Part shown: positions 18,336-27,449 of the stretch, in pieces | How the letters are laid out: each line of letters opens with the position of its first letter | Position numbering within the stretch: position 1 is the stretch's first letter | Assembly: GCA_023254245.1 (NCBI GenBank) | Contig: JALQYE010000004.1 | Span: forward strand, 1-59,582 | DNA length: 59,582 nucleotides | Direction: 5' to 3' | Source of the DNA: Emticicia sp. | GTDB lineage: Bacteria; Bacteroidota; Bacteroidia; Cytophagales; Spirosomataceae | Notes under the pieces: model-generated | What the model saw: only the letters and a program-made list of their open reading frames with translations | The model's database searches: none | What the model was told of the DNA's origin: nothing | Position numbers and translations under genes: made by a program

Positions 18336-18995
18336 ATGACACTTCATAAGGAAGGCACAGGAACGATTTCATTGACAATTATTGGACTATTGGCAGCTAA
18401 TGCGGCTTTGAGATATTTTTTACCCGAACAAGAAATCTTACATACATTATTGCTCATCGTGAGTATATTCTTGTTTGTGATTGTGGTTCAGTTTTTTCGT
18501 AAACCCACTCGCACTACGGTTAAAAATCCGAAACACGTAATTGCCCCTGCCGATGGTAAAGTGGTTGTAATTGAGGAAGTAGTTGAGACAGAGTATTTCA
18601 AAGAGCCCCGTCGTCAGGTTTCAATTTTTATGTCGCCACTTAATGTACACATCAATTTCAACCCAATTTCGGGTATTGTTTCTTATGCCAAATATCATGC
18701 AGGGAAATATTTGGTTGCTTGGCACCCAAAATCAAGCACCGAAAACGAACGTACGACAATCGTCGTGAAACACCATAATGGCACAGAAGTTTTGTTTCGT
18801 CAGATTGCTGGAGCTTTAGCTCGTAGAATTTGCTGGTACGTACAAGAAGGGCAAGCCGTAGAACAAGGTTCAGAGTTTGGATTTATCAAATTTGGTTCGA
18901 GAATCGATATCTTCTTACCTTTAGATGCAAAAATATTAGTAAATATCGACGATAAGCCCGTAGGTGGCGAAACCGTGATAGCAGAATTAGTTTAA
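18336..18995 (+). CDS. psd: Phosphatidylserine decarboxylase proenzyme
   Basis: QFFRKP, APADGKVV, SIFMSPLNVH, FIKFGSRID self-cleavage motif; TATATTTG promoter element at 18299. Confidence 0.93.
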   Translation: MTLHKEGTGTISLTIIGLLAANAALRYFLPEQEILHTLLLIVSIFLFVIVVQFFRKPTRTTVKNPKHVIAPADGKVVVIEEVVETEYFKEPRRQVSIFMSPLNVHINFNPISGIVSYAKYHAGKYLVAWHPKSSTENERTTIVVKHHNGTEVLFRQIAGALARRICWYVQEGQAVEQGSEFGFIKFGSRIDIFLPLDAKILVNIDDKPVGGETVIAELV

Positions 18996-19062
18996 GACAG
19001 GTTTTAACCTGTCTTTTTTTTCTATTAACTATGTCATTAACAGATTGAAAACCTGTCCTACA
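18992..19062. repeat. GTAG-type REP doublet (family A), degenerate
   Basis: GACAGGTTTTAACCTGTC and AACAGATTGAAAACCTGTCCTACA. Confidence 0.7.
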
Positions 19063-19069
19063 AGCGGCA

Positions 19070-19420
19070 ATGGCAGCACATAACGAAACAGGTAATAAGG
19101 CCGAAGCAATGGCAGCCAAATTTCTACAAAAGAAAGGTTATGAGGTTCTCGACCAAAACTACACGCACGGAAAGGGCGAAATTGATATTATTTGTCTGAA
19201 AAATAATTGGTTGGTTTTTGTAGAAGTTCGAGCAAGGTCAGAAGTGGCTCACGGGTTTCCCGAACAAACCATCTCGAAAGCCAAAGCAAATCTTATCATC
19301 AAAACCGCTGAAAACTACATTTACGAACACGATTGGCACGGAAACATTCGTTTCGACATAATTGCCATAAACGTAGGCGAAAAATTTGAAATCATGCACT
19401 TTGAAGATGCTTTCTTCTGA
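19070..19420 (+). CDS. YraN family (UPF0102) putative endonuclease
   Basis: GNKAEAMAAKFL, GEIDII, LVFVEVRAR, IRFDII. Confidence 0.93.
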   Translation: MAAHNETGNKAEAMAAKFLQKKGYEVLDQNYTHGKGEIDIICLKNNWLVFVEVRARSEVAHGFPEQTISKAKANLIIKTAENYIYEHDWHGNIRFDIIAINVGEKFEIMHFEDAFF

Positions 19421-19450
19421 GTTGAAGAAAGCATCTTTGTGGAAAAAATA

Positions 19451-20146
19451 TCAACAATTCGTTCCATCAATATCACAGGCTTCGCCAACTGCTTCAACTG
19501 GCTGCATTTCAGCGGAAACTTTATTCAAAGTGTCCAAAAACACACTTGTTGGCTGGGCACCACTAATAGCGTATTTATTGTTTAATATAAAAAACGGAAC
19601 ACCCGAAACTCCTAAATTCTGAAAGTGTCTGATTTCTTGCGTAACGTGGTACGTAATTTCTTCATTGGCCAATATACCTTCGGTTTTTTCACGACTCCAC
19701 CCAAAATCTACCATGAAAGCAATGAGTTGCTCTTTTTCTGAAAAATCAACACCATCGGTAAAATACGCCTTAAAAAACTTTTCTTCTAACTCAATTTGTG
19801 TTCCTTCTTCACGAGCAATATGTAGCATTTTGTGCAACGGAATCGTATTAATAGCCTTTGGCATTTTATCAAAGTCAAATTTAATACCTGCTTGCTCTCC
19901 CACTCCTACCACACGTTGAAACATTGGTTCTATTCGCTCCTTGCTACCAAATTTATTGAGAAAGTATTCTTCTTTATCAAGTCCTTCGGCTGGGATTGTT
20001 GGGTCAAGTTGAAACGGATGCCAAGTAATCTCAACTGGCTGACTATCAAAACTTTCGAGTGCTTTTTCTAAATGTTTTTTACCAATATAGCACCATGGAC
20101 ACGCTACATCAGATACGATATCTATTTGCAAAGGTTTGTTGTTCAT
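19451..20146 (-). CDS. DsbA family oxidoreductase (FrnE subfamily)
   Basis: SDVACPWCYIG, PFQLDP, GVSGVPFF, ISGAQP, C-terminal CDIDGTNC. Confidence 0.93.
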   Translation of the reverse strand: MNNKPLQIDIVSDVACPWCYIGKKHLEKALESFDSQPVEITWHPFQLDPTIPAEGLDKEEYFLNKFGSKERIEPMFQRVVGVGEQAGIKFDFDKMPKAINTIPLHKMLHIAREEGTQIELEEKFFKAYFTDGVDFSEKEQLIAFMVDFGWSREKTEGILANEEITYHVTQEIRHFQNLGVSGVPFFILNNKYAISGAQPTSVFLDTLNKVSAEMQPVEAVGEACDIDGTNC

Positions 20147-20194
20147 TCTGTATAATTGTTTTCAAATAAAACCTATGAAGCTAAAATTTGGTTC

Positions 20195-20226
20195 AAAAAA
20201 ATGGGGTTCGATTAGCCGAACCCCAT
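20195..20226 (-). terminator. Intrinsic terminator after the guanylyltransferase gene
   Basis: ATGGGGTTCG/CGAACCCCAT stem preceded by an A-run (U-tract on minus strand). Confidence 0.7.
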
Positions 20227-20279
20227 ATATATTATTATTGTAAGTTTTTGACCAAAAGGAATAGTAAACTTCTTTGTGG

Positions 20280-20303
20280 ACGGTTGACTGCAAACTGTTG
20301 ACT
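20280..20303. repeat. Heptamer tandem repeat (ACTGTTG/AGTCAAC family C)
   Basis: ACGGTTG ACTGCAA ACTGTTG ACT; related tracts at 5945, 25702, 25985, 52644. Confidence 0.6.
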
Positions 20304-20304
20304 A

Positions 20305-21372
20305 TCACACAAACTCCTTGCCTTTCATACCAGCTGATGCCACAAACTCTTTTACCTTTTGTTCATCTTCTTTTTTACAAATCATCAAGACGTTATCGTA
20401 TTCAGCCACAATAAATCCATCTAAGCCGTTTATTACAACCAAACGGTCTTTTGGCGTTTTTATGATGCTATTTTTGGTATCATAAAGCATCACGTTGGCA
20501 TCAATGGCATTTTCGTTTTCGTCTTTATTTGATATTTCATAAAGCGATTTCCACGTACCTAAATCTGACCAACCGATATCCGAAAGTACCACAAAAACAT
20601 TTTCGGCACGCTCCATGATACCGTTATCAATCGAAATGTTTTTGCATTGCGGATAAGCCCTATTCAATGCATCAGCCTCTCTTTCTGTGTAGTAGTCGGC
20701 CTTGATTTCTTCAAAAGCCTCAGCCATTTCTGGTAAGAAAGCTTCAAAGCACTTCCTAATGGCGTTTACATTCCAAATGAAAATACCCGCATTCCAAACA
20801 AACTCACCACTTTCAACAAACTTCTTGGCCCATTCTAAGTTTGGCTTCTCGGTGAAAGTTACCACTCGCTTAATATCACCTTCTGACTCCGAAAACTGAA
20901 TATACCCATAACCAGTATCGGGGCGTGTTGGATTGATTCCAAGCGTAACTAATACATCATTTTTTGCTGAGAAGTGCAACGCAATGCTAATTCGTTTACG
21001 GAATTCCTCTTCTTTTAAAATAATATGGTCGGCAGGTGCAACTACGATATTAGCATTTGGATTTTTCGAGCTAATTTTATAGCAGGCATACGCTATACAC
21101 GGAGCTGTATTTCTACGGTTAGGTTCAAGCAAAATTTGGTCGTCACTCAAATATGGCAATTGTTGCTTGGTTATGTCATAGTACTCACTACTCGTAACAA
21201 TGTATATATTTTCTTTGGGGCAGATACCCTCAAAGCGTTCAACGGTCTGTTGAATCATTGTTTTTCCAATACCCAGCACATCATGAAATTGTTTTGGGTT
21301 TGTGCTTCGACTAAATGGCCAGAACCTTGTTCCGACACCCCCAGCCATAATAACTACGTAATTATCGTTCAT
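20305..21372 (-). CDS. manC: Mannose-1-phosphate guanylyltransferase
   Basis: VIMAGGVGTRFWPFSR, PKQF, EPNRRNTAP, PADH, TGYGYI, FTEKP, WNAGIF, WSDLGTW. Confidence 0.93.
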   Translation of the reverse strand: MNDNYVVIMAGGVGTRFWPFSRSTNPKQFHDVLGIGKTMIQQTVERFEGICPKENIYIVTSSEYYDITKQQLPYLSDDQILLEPNRRNTAPCIAYACYKISSKNPNANIVVAPADHIILKEEEFRKRISIALHFSAKNDVLVTLGINPTRPDTGYGYIQFSESEGDIKRVVTFTEKPNLEWAKKFVESGEFVWNAGIFIWNVNAIRKCFEAFLPEMAEAFEEIKADYYTEREADALNRAYPQCKNISIDNGIMERAENVFVVLSDIGWSDLGTWKSLYEISNKDENENAIDANVMLYDTKNSIIKTPKDRLVVINGLDGFIVAEYDNVLMICKKEDEQKVKEFVASAGMKGKEFV

Positions 21373-21414
21373 TGATTAAAATGTATCCTTTATTGGCTTT
21401 TCGATACTTTTTTA

Positions 21415-22455
21415 TTATTGTTTGAGATATGTTTCTAAACGTAAAGCTACATTTTCCCTGATGTTCATCCAAAAAAGATTTATATCAGCGATATGCCAAA
21501 TTTTTATATTTATGAAAAAACGACCTCTAATATAAGGCTTATTTATCCACAATACCCCTTGATGATTCTGAGCATCGGCAGCCTGCCTTACAAAAGTAAA
21601 TTTATAACCAACCCCACCCTTATTGAGTTCTTTCGATGCGAATTCTTCATCTAACTTCCATGTTAATGGATTTGTACTAACGGCAGTGCGGAGTCCATCA
21701 TTATAGTATTCTGGTAGATAGTTTCGTGCGTAAGTATTCCACGATACAAATCCTCCTATTTCTTCCGCCGATTTACTTGGTTTAATATTTTCAAATGTAT
21801 CGGGCTGTGTAGCAATTCCAATTAGGTATGCTTCTACAAGCTGCCTTTGTAACGGCTTGCCATCAAAAAACTCTTTTAGTAAGCGTTTAGCGTGAACCGT
21901 TCCTTGACTGTGGGAAGCAATAATTATTGGCCGACCTTGATTCCAATTTTTTAAGTAATATTCAAATGCTGCTTTAATATCTGAATAAGCTAAGTCCAAC
22001 GCTTGCTTCTTATCATCTGCGTTGGGTGTCAGAAATGAATAATAATGTGCCTGACGATAGCGTGGTGCATAAATTTTACCCGAACCATTGAATGCTGATG
22101 CTTGGTTCAAAATCGTAGAGTTATCTGTTTTTTCGTTTAGTTCAGCATCGTTCACATCAGCATTCCATTGATATTGATTTTTAGGTTCGTATGTAAATGT
22201 AGTCGGATGCAAAAAGAACACATCTGCCTTTGCATCTTTCTGATTTTCGGTCAGATTCGATTTTAACGGCGTTTTATCTGCTTTATCCTCAATAGTTGGT
22301 AAAGCTGCCCAAGCACTATTCTGCGTATAATCTGGGGCAGGCGGCGAAAATTGAGAGTTAAAATGAGTTAGCAAAATAACTTTATTTTGAGCTACTATTT
22401 TCTCAGAAAAAATCAGCAAAAAATAAAATAAGGATAGAAAAATCGTTTTTCGCAT
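21415..22455 (-). CDS. DUF3089 family alpha/beta hydrolase (esterase-like), exported
   Basis: Signal peptide, ADVFFLHPTT, YAPRYRQA, ASHSQG nucleophile elbow, WHIAD. Confidence 0.88.
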   Translation of the reverse strand: MRKTIFLSLFYFLLIFSEKIVAQNKVILLTHFNSQFSPPAPDYTQNSAWAALPTIEDKADKTPLKSNLTENQKDAKADVFFLHPTTFTYEPKNQYQWNADVNDAELNEKTDNSTILNQASAFNGSGKIYAPRYRQAHYYSFLTPNADDKKQALDLAYSDIKAAFEYYLKNWNQGRPIIIASHSQGTVHAKRLLKEFFDGKPLQRQLVEAYLIGIATQPDTFENIKPSKSAEEIGGFVSWNTYARNYLPEYYNDGLRTAVSTNPLTWKLDEEFASKELNKGGVGYKFTFVRQAADAQNHQGVLWINKPYIRGRFFINIKIWHIADINLFWMNIRENVALRLETYLKQ

Positions 22456-22504
22456 TATATATGATTATTTTTTGTTAAAATTGTATGATTTTGATACAAA
22501 CTAC

Positions 22505-22546
22505 TAATAGTATGCTTGCATATTATTATTTTCTTTTCTATGTTTG
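22505..22546 (+). promoter_or_regulatory. Operator TAATAGTATGCTTGCATA overlapping the -33 element of the TonB receptor promoter
   Basis: 18/18 identical to the reverse complement of 54936-54953; core dyad TATGC-TT-GCATA; TTG at 22516, 20-nt spacer, TATGTTTG at 22539. Confidence 0.75.
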
Positions 22547-22586
22547 ACACAAAATTACGTTTTGTTAACCACTAACCAATATTCTC

Positions 22587-25500
22587 ATGTACAAACTTTC
22601 CGTTAAAAAATGTTTGCTCGGAATATGCTGCTTACTAATAACTCAGCTTTCCTTTGCTCAAACAAAAGTGTCTGGAACCGTTACCGACGCTAATACCAAA
22701 GAGCCGCTCATTGGGGTTAGTGTGCAAGTAAAAGGCAAAGTGATAGGAACCATCACCAATGCAAAAGGTGAATTTGCGTTCAATGTTTCAACTCCTCCTC
22801 CGTTTTCGATAGTAATCAGCTCTGTAGGATATGAAAGTCAGGAAGTGAGTGTATCTGGCAATTCAGCCTCTATCAATATCGCTCTCAAAGAACAAGCTGT
22901 TTTAGGTCAAGAAGTAGTAGTCTCTGCTTCAAGGGTTGAAGAATCAGTTTTGAAATCGCCAGCGGCTATTGAAAAAATGGATATTCGCACCATTCGTGAG
23001 ACTGCCTCACCATCATTTTATGATGCCCTCGCAAATATGAAGGGTATCGACATGACAACACAAGGTTTGTTGTTTAAATCTATCAATATGCGAGGTTTTG
23101 GTGCTACGGGTAACCCTCGTACTGTACAAATGATTGACGGTATGGACAACCAAGCACCTGGCTTAAACTTCCCAGTTGATAATATTGTGGGTATGCCAGA
23201 GCTTGATGTTGAAAACGTAGAAGTTTTACCTGGTGCAGCATCTGCTCTTTATGGTCCAAACGCTATCAATGGTTTGGTGTTAATGAACAGCAAAAGCCCA
23301 TTCTTGTATCAGGGATTAAGTGCAACAGTTAAAACTGGCGTTATGAGTGCCAGCAATCGTGATGTAGTGAACACACCAATGGCTGATTTCTCGATGCGTT
23401 ATGCAAAGGCTTCAAAAAACAACAAATTTGCGTTCAAAGTAAACTTGGCGTACATCACAGCTAAAGACTGGCAAGCAACCAATTATACTAACCTAAACAC
23501 TGGTGGGTTAGAAAATGGAACAAGAGGTGCAGGTGTAAAAACTGATTATGATGGTATGAATATCTACGGTGACGAGGTTCAAGCTAATATGACGACCGTT
23601 GCCAATGGTTTAATTGCAGCCAAATTATTGCCTTCGGCTGCTTTAGCTTTAGTACCAAATGTAAACGTTAGTAGAACTGGTTTTTACGAGAAAGATTTAG
23701 TTGACTACAACACAAAAAGTTTTAAAACTAACTTAGCTGCTCACTATCGTATCAACGAAAAAGTAGAATTAGTGGGTCAGGTAAACTATGGTTACGGTAC
23801 AACCGTTTACACTGGTACTGGCCGTTATTCACTTCGTAACTTCAACTTAACGCAAGCTAAAGTTGAATTAAGAGGCGATAACTTTACTTTAAGAGCTTAT
23901 ACAACGCAAGAGCGTTCGGGTCAATCCTATACTGCTGGTTTAGCGGCGGTAGCAATGTTGAACAGCATCAAACCACACGCTACATGGTTTGGCGAATACG
24001 TTGGTGCTTTTGTTGCGGCACGTGGTGCAGGGCAATCAGAAGAGCAGGCGGGTATTACGGCACGTGGCGTAGCAGACAAAGGCATGCCAACTCCTGGCAC
24101 AGCCGAATATACAACATTGCTCAATAAATTCCGTGATGCAGCTATTGTTGATGGTGGTGGTGCTTTCTTAGATAAAACTAATATGTATCATGCAGAAGGT
24201 GTTTATAATTTCAAAAATCAAATCAAATTTGTAGATTTATTAGTTGGAGCAAACGTTCGTCAATATAGCTTACGTTCTAACGGAACATTATTCGCAGATA
24301 AAAAAGAAGGCCGTTCGGGTACTATTCCAATCAATGAGTATGGTGCTTTTGCTCAAGCAGCTAAAAGCTTATTCAAAGACCACTTAAAATTATCGGCTTC
24401 GATTCGCTACGATAAAAGCCAAAATTTTGATGGATTCTTTACTCCGAGGTTATCAGCAGTTGCTTCTTTTGGTCAGCAGAACTTCAGAGTATCTTACCAA
24501 ACTGGTTATCGTATTCCAACGACTCAAAACCAATATATTGATTTGAGAACACCATCGGGTACTTTGATTGGTGGCCAGCCAGAGTTTGATACAAGATATA
24601 ACTTGGCTAATGGTGTAGATTTAGCCACATTGACCGACTTTTCAAGAAACCCTTCAAAATATATTACAGCTGCGGTAATAGACAAAGCAAAAGCTTACGC
24701 TACTGCGGCAGTTACAGCACAGTTACCTGCCATTCAAGCAGGTGTTGTAGCAGCAGTACAAGCACAGGTTACAGCAGGTGTGACGGCATCTGTCAATGCA
24801 GCAGTAGCAGCAGGGCAACTTCCTGCAAACCAAGCAGCAGCAGCAATTGCAGCAGGTGTTGCCCAGCAAATGGCAAGTCCAGCAATTCAGACAACCATTC
24901 AAACTAATGTGCAAGCAACCTTGGTAAGCCAAATTACGTCGGTGACAACTCAAGTTGCTCCTGCATTTGGCTTAGCTTCTTTACCTAAATATCAAGCAGC
25001 GGCTTTGAAACCAGAAAAAATTTCATCTTATGAGATTGGTTACAAAGGATTAATTGCTAAGAAATTGTTTATTGACTCATATTTCTATACAAGTAAATAT
25101 ACTAATTTTATTGGTGGAACTGCAATACTCGTACCAACTGCAGCAGCAGGCCCTGGCCTACCGATTGAGTCTGGTCTTGGTGGTGCTTCTACACGCTCTG
25201 CATATTCTCGTGTAACAAATTCTAAAGAAATCATTACTGCAAACGGTTTTGCTATTAGTGGTAATTATTCTTTGACAAAAGGCTTTAATGTTGGTGTAAA
25301 CTATGCTCAAAATAACTTGAAAGGCTTTACTGCAAGCCCTGAGCAACAGTATGCTGGGTATAACACACCTAAAAATCGTTATAATTTGAGCTTTGGTAAG
25401 CGTTTGAATAGCGGTGACAAATTTGGTTTCAACATTAACTTAAGACACCAAGATGCATTTGTTTGGGAAGCAAGTTTCAACCAACCAACTACCACTGGTA

Positions 25501-25703
25501 TTACTTCATTTACAAACACAGTCGTGCCAGCCGTAACTACATTTGATGCTCAAGTAAGCTATAAGTTGGCTTCTATGAAGTCAATCATCAAATTAGGTGG
25601 TACTAATATTGGTGGTAAACCATACATTCAAGCATTTGGTAGTGCAGCCGTTGGCTCAATGTACTACGTAGCTATTACATTCGACGAATTATTGAATAAA
25701 TAG
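22587..25703 (+). CDS. TonB-dependent outer membrane receptor with Ala/Gln-rich insertion, no SusD partner
   Basis: Signal peptide, carboxypeptidase-regulatory-like N domain, EVVVSASR TonB box, plug motif VEVLPGAASALYG, LKPEKISSYEIGYK barrel motif. Confidence 0.93.
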   Translation: MYKLSVKKCLLGICCLLITQLSFAQTKVSGTVTDANTKEPLIGVSVQVKGKVIGTITNAKGEFAFNVSTPPPFSIVISSVGYESQEVSVSGNSASINIALKEQAVLGQEVVVSASRVEESVLKSPAAIEKMDIRTIRETASPSFYDALANMKGIDMTTQGLLFKSINMRGFGATGNPRTVQMIDGMDNQAPGLNFPVDNIVGMPELDVENVEVLPGAASALYGPNAINGLVLMNSKSPFLYQGLSATVKTGVMSASNRDVVNTPMADFSMRYAKASKNNKFAFKVNLAYITAKDWQATNYTNLNTGGLENGTRGAGVKTDYDGMNIYGDEVQANMTTVANGLIAAKLLPSAALALVPNVNVSRTGFYEKDLVDYNTKSFKTNLAAHYRINEKVELVGQVNYGYGTTVYTGTGRYSLRNFNLTQAKVELRGDNFTLRAYTTQERSGQSYTAGLAAVAMLNSIKPHATWFGEYVGAFVAARGAGQSEEQAGITARGVADKGMPTPGTAEYTTLLNKFRDAAIVDGGGAFLDKTNMYHAEGVYNFKNQIKFVDLLVGANVRQYSLRSNGTLFADKKEGRSGTIPINEYGAFAQAAKSLFKDHLKLSASIRYDKSQNFDGFFTPRLSAVASFGQQNFRVSYQTGYRIPTTQNQYIDLRTPSGTLIGGQPEFDTRYNLANGVDLATLTDFSRNPSKYITAAVIDKAKAYATAAVTAQLPAIQAGVVAAVQAQVTAGVTASVNAAVAAGQLPANQAAAAIAAGVAQQMASPAIQTTIQTNVQATLVSQITSVTTQVAPAFGLASLPKYQAAALKPEKISSYEIGYKGLIAKKLFIDSYFYTSKYTNFIGGTAILVPTAAAGPGLPIESGLGGASTRSAYSRVTNSKEIITANGFAISGNYSLTKGFNVGVNYAQNNLKGFTASPEQQYAGYNTPKNRYNLSFGKRLNSGDKFGFNINLRHQDAFVWEASFNQPTTTGITSFTNTVVPAVTTFDAQVSYKLASMKSIIKLGGTNIGGKPYIQAFGSAAVGSMYYVAITFDELLNK

Positions 25704-25770
25704 TCGATGGATAACAGTCAATAGACGATAGTTATTTTTTTCTATCGACGATGGACTATCGACCGTGGAC
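25702..25770. repeat. Inverted pair of heptamer tandem tracts (family C)
   Basis: AGTCGATGGATAACAGTCAATAGACGATAG ... CTATCGACGATGGACTATCGACCGTGGAC. Confidence 0.6.
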
Positions 25771-25816
25771 GAACAAGATTTTATTAATTTTCATAATTTT
25801 CTTTGGTTTAAGTCAG

Positions 25817-25847
25817 AAAAGAGCTTCCGTTTGGAGGCTCTTTTTTT
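25817..25847 (+). terminator. Intrinsic terminator after the TonB receptor
   Basis: AAAAGAGCTTCC-GTTT-GGAGGCTC followed by T7. Confidence 0.8.
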
Positions 25848-26098
25848 GTTTACCCAAATCTTAGAATATTTATGTAAATCAATTACCTTTGTGGCGGTAA
25901 AAAATTATTCATGTCAATTAAAGAATAAAAAAGTACTTTAAAAGTCAAAAAGATAGAGCGTTGAGTTTTTGAGGATACTTAAAAACTATTGACGATAAAC
26001 TATTGGCAATGGATTACTTTACTTCTTTATAATCGCCCCAAGACAATGAAATTAATATAAACTCGGTCTCCTGTTTGGGGTAAGGAGCATTTGGAAAA

Positions 26099-27331
26099 AT
26101 GGCAAAAATCAAAGTAGCAAATCCAGTAGTTGAGTTAGATGGCGACGAAATGACTCGTATCATTTGGCGATTTATCAAAGAAAAATTAATTCTTCCTTAC
26201 CTTGATGTTGATATCAAGTACTATGACCTCGGAATCGAGTATCGTGACGAAACCAACGACCAAGTAACAATTGATTCGGCAAATGCTATCAAAGAATACG
26301 GTGTTGGTATCAAGTGTGCAACTATCACACCTGACGAAGCTCGTGTAAAAGAGTTTAACTTGAAACAAATGTGGAAATCACCAAACGGAACTATCCGTAA
26401 TATCTTGGATGGTACTGTTTTCCGTGAGCCAATCGTTTGTCAAAACGTTCCTCGTTTAGTTTCAAACTGGACTTCTCCAATCATCGTTGGCCGTCATGCT
26501 TTCGGTGACCAATACCGTGCAACTGATTTCGTTGTGAAAGGTGCAGGTAAATTAACAATGAAATTTGAAGGCGAAGACGGAACCGTACAAGAATACGAAA
26601 TCTACAACTACAAAGGTGGTGGTGTAGCTATGGGTATGTACAACACCGATGAGTCAATCCGTGGATTTGCTCACTCGTGTTTCAATGTAGCATTAAACAA
26701 AAAATGGCCTTTGTATCTTTCTACAAAAAATACAATTTTGAAGAAATACGATGGTCGTTTCAAAGATATTTTTGAAGAAATCTACCAAGCAGATTACAAA
26801 GCTAAATTTGAAGCGGCGGGTATCGTTTACGAACACCGTTTGATTGACGACATGGTTGCTTCGGCATTAAAATGGAACGGTTCATTTGTTTGGGCGTGTA
26901 AAAACTACGATGGCGACGTTCAGTCTGACTCAGTAGCACAAGGTTTTGGTTCACTTGGTTTAATGACATCGGTACTCGTTACGCCAGATGGCCAAACAAT
27001 GGAAGCTGAAGCTGCTCACGGAACAGTTACTCGTCACTACCGTGACCACCAAGCAGGAAAACCAACTTCAACAAATCCAATTGCCTCAATCTTTGCTTGG
27101 ACTCGTGGTTTAGAGTTCCGTGGTAAATTAGATGGCAACCAAGAGTTAATTGATTTCTGCCAAGCTTTAGAGCAAGTTTGTGTTGAAACGGTTGAGTCGG
27201 GTAAAATGACTAAAGATTTAGCAGTTTGTATTCACGGAAACAAAGTGAATCACGGAGAGCATTATCTTTATACAGAAGAATTCTTAGATGCTATTGACCA
27301 AAACTTACAGGTTAAATTAGCTGCAAAGTAA
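26099..27331 (+). CDS. icd: NADP-dependent isocitrate dehydrogenase (type II)
   Basis: [49 protein letters not shown]; TACCTTTG promoter element at 25884. Confidence 0.98.
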   Translation: MAKIKVANPVVELDGDEMTRIIWRFIKEKLILPYLDVDIKYYDLGIEYRDETNDQVTIDSANAIKEYGVGIKCATITPDEARVKEFNLKQMWKSPNGTIRNILDGTVFREPIVCQNVPRLVSNWTSPIIVGRHAFGDQYRATDFVVKGAGKLTMKFEGEDGTVQEYEIYNYKGGGVAMGMYNTDESIRGFAHSCFNVALNKKWPLYLSTKNTILKKYDGRFKDIFEEIYQADYKAKFEAAGIVYEHRLIDDMVASALKWNGSFVWACKNYDGDVQSDSVAQGFGSLGLMTSVLVTPDGQTMEAEAAHGTVTRHYRDHQAGKPTSTNPIASIFAWTRGLEFRGKLDGNQELIDFCQALEQVCVETVESGKMTKDLAVCIHGNKVNHGEHYLYTEEFLDAIDQNLQVKLAAK

Positions 27332-27399
27332 TAATAAACCCCTCTATAAAAACCCAGATGCCTCGACTGTAATGGTTGGGGCATTCTTTTTTACGGTTG

Positions 27400-27414
27400 T
27401 GGTACGAAGTTTGT
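27400..27414 (+). promoter_or_regulatory. Sigma-54-like -24/-12 promoter
   Basis: TGGTAC-GAAGT-TTGT, 35 nt upstream of the ATG at 27450. Confidence 0.4.
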
Positions 27415-27449
27415 TGCACTTTTTAAAATAATATTCGGTGAACTAACAC

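Noticed and set aside
25702-25770. Repeat tracts here and at 44053-44147 as possible CRISPR arrays
   Set aside because: Units are 7-14 nt or inverted, there are no unique 30-40 nt spacers and no cas genes
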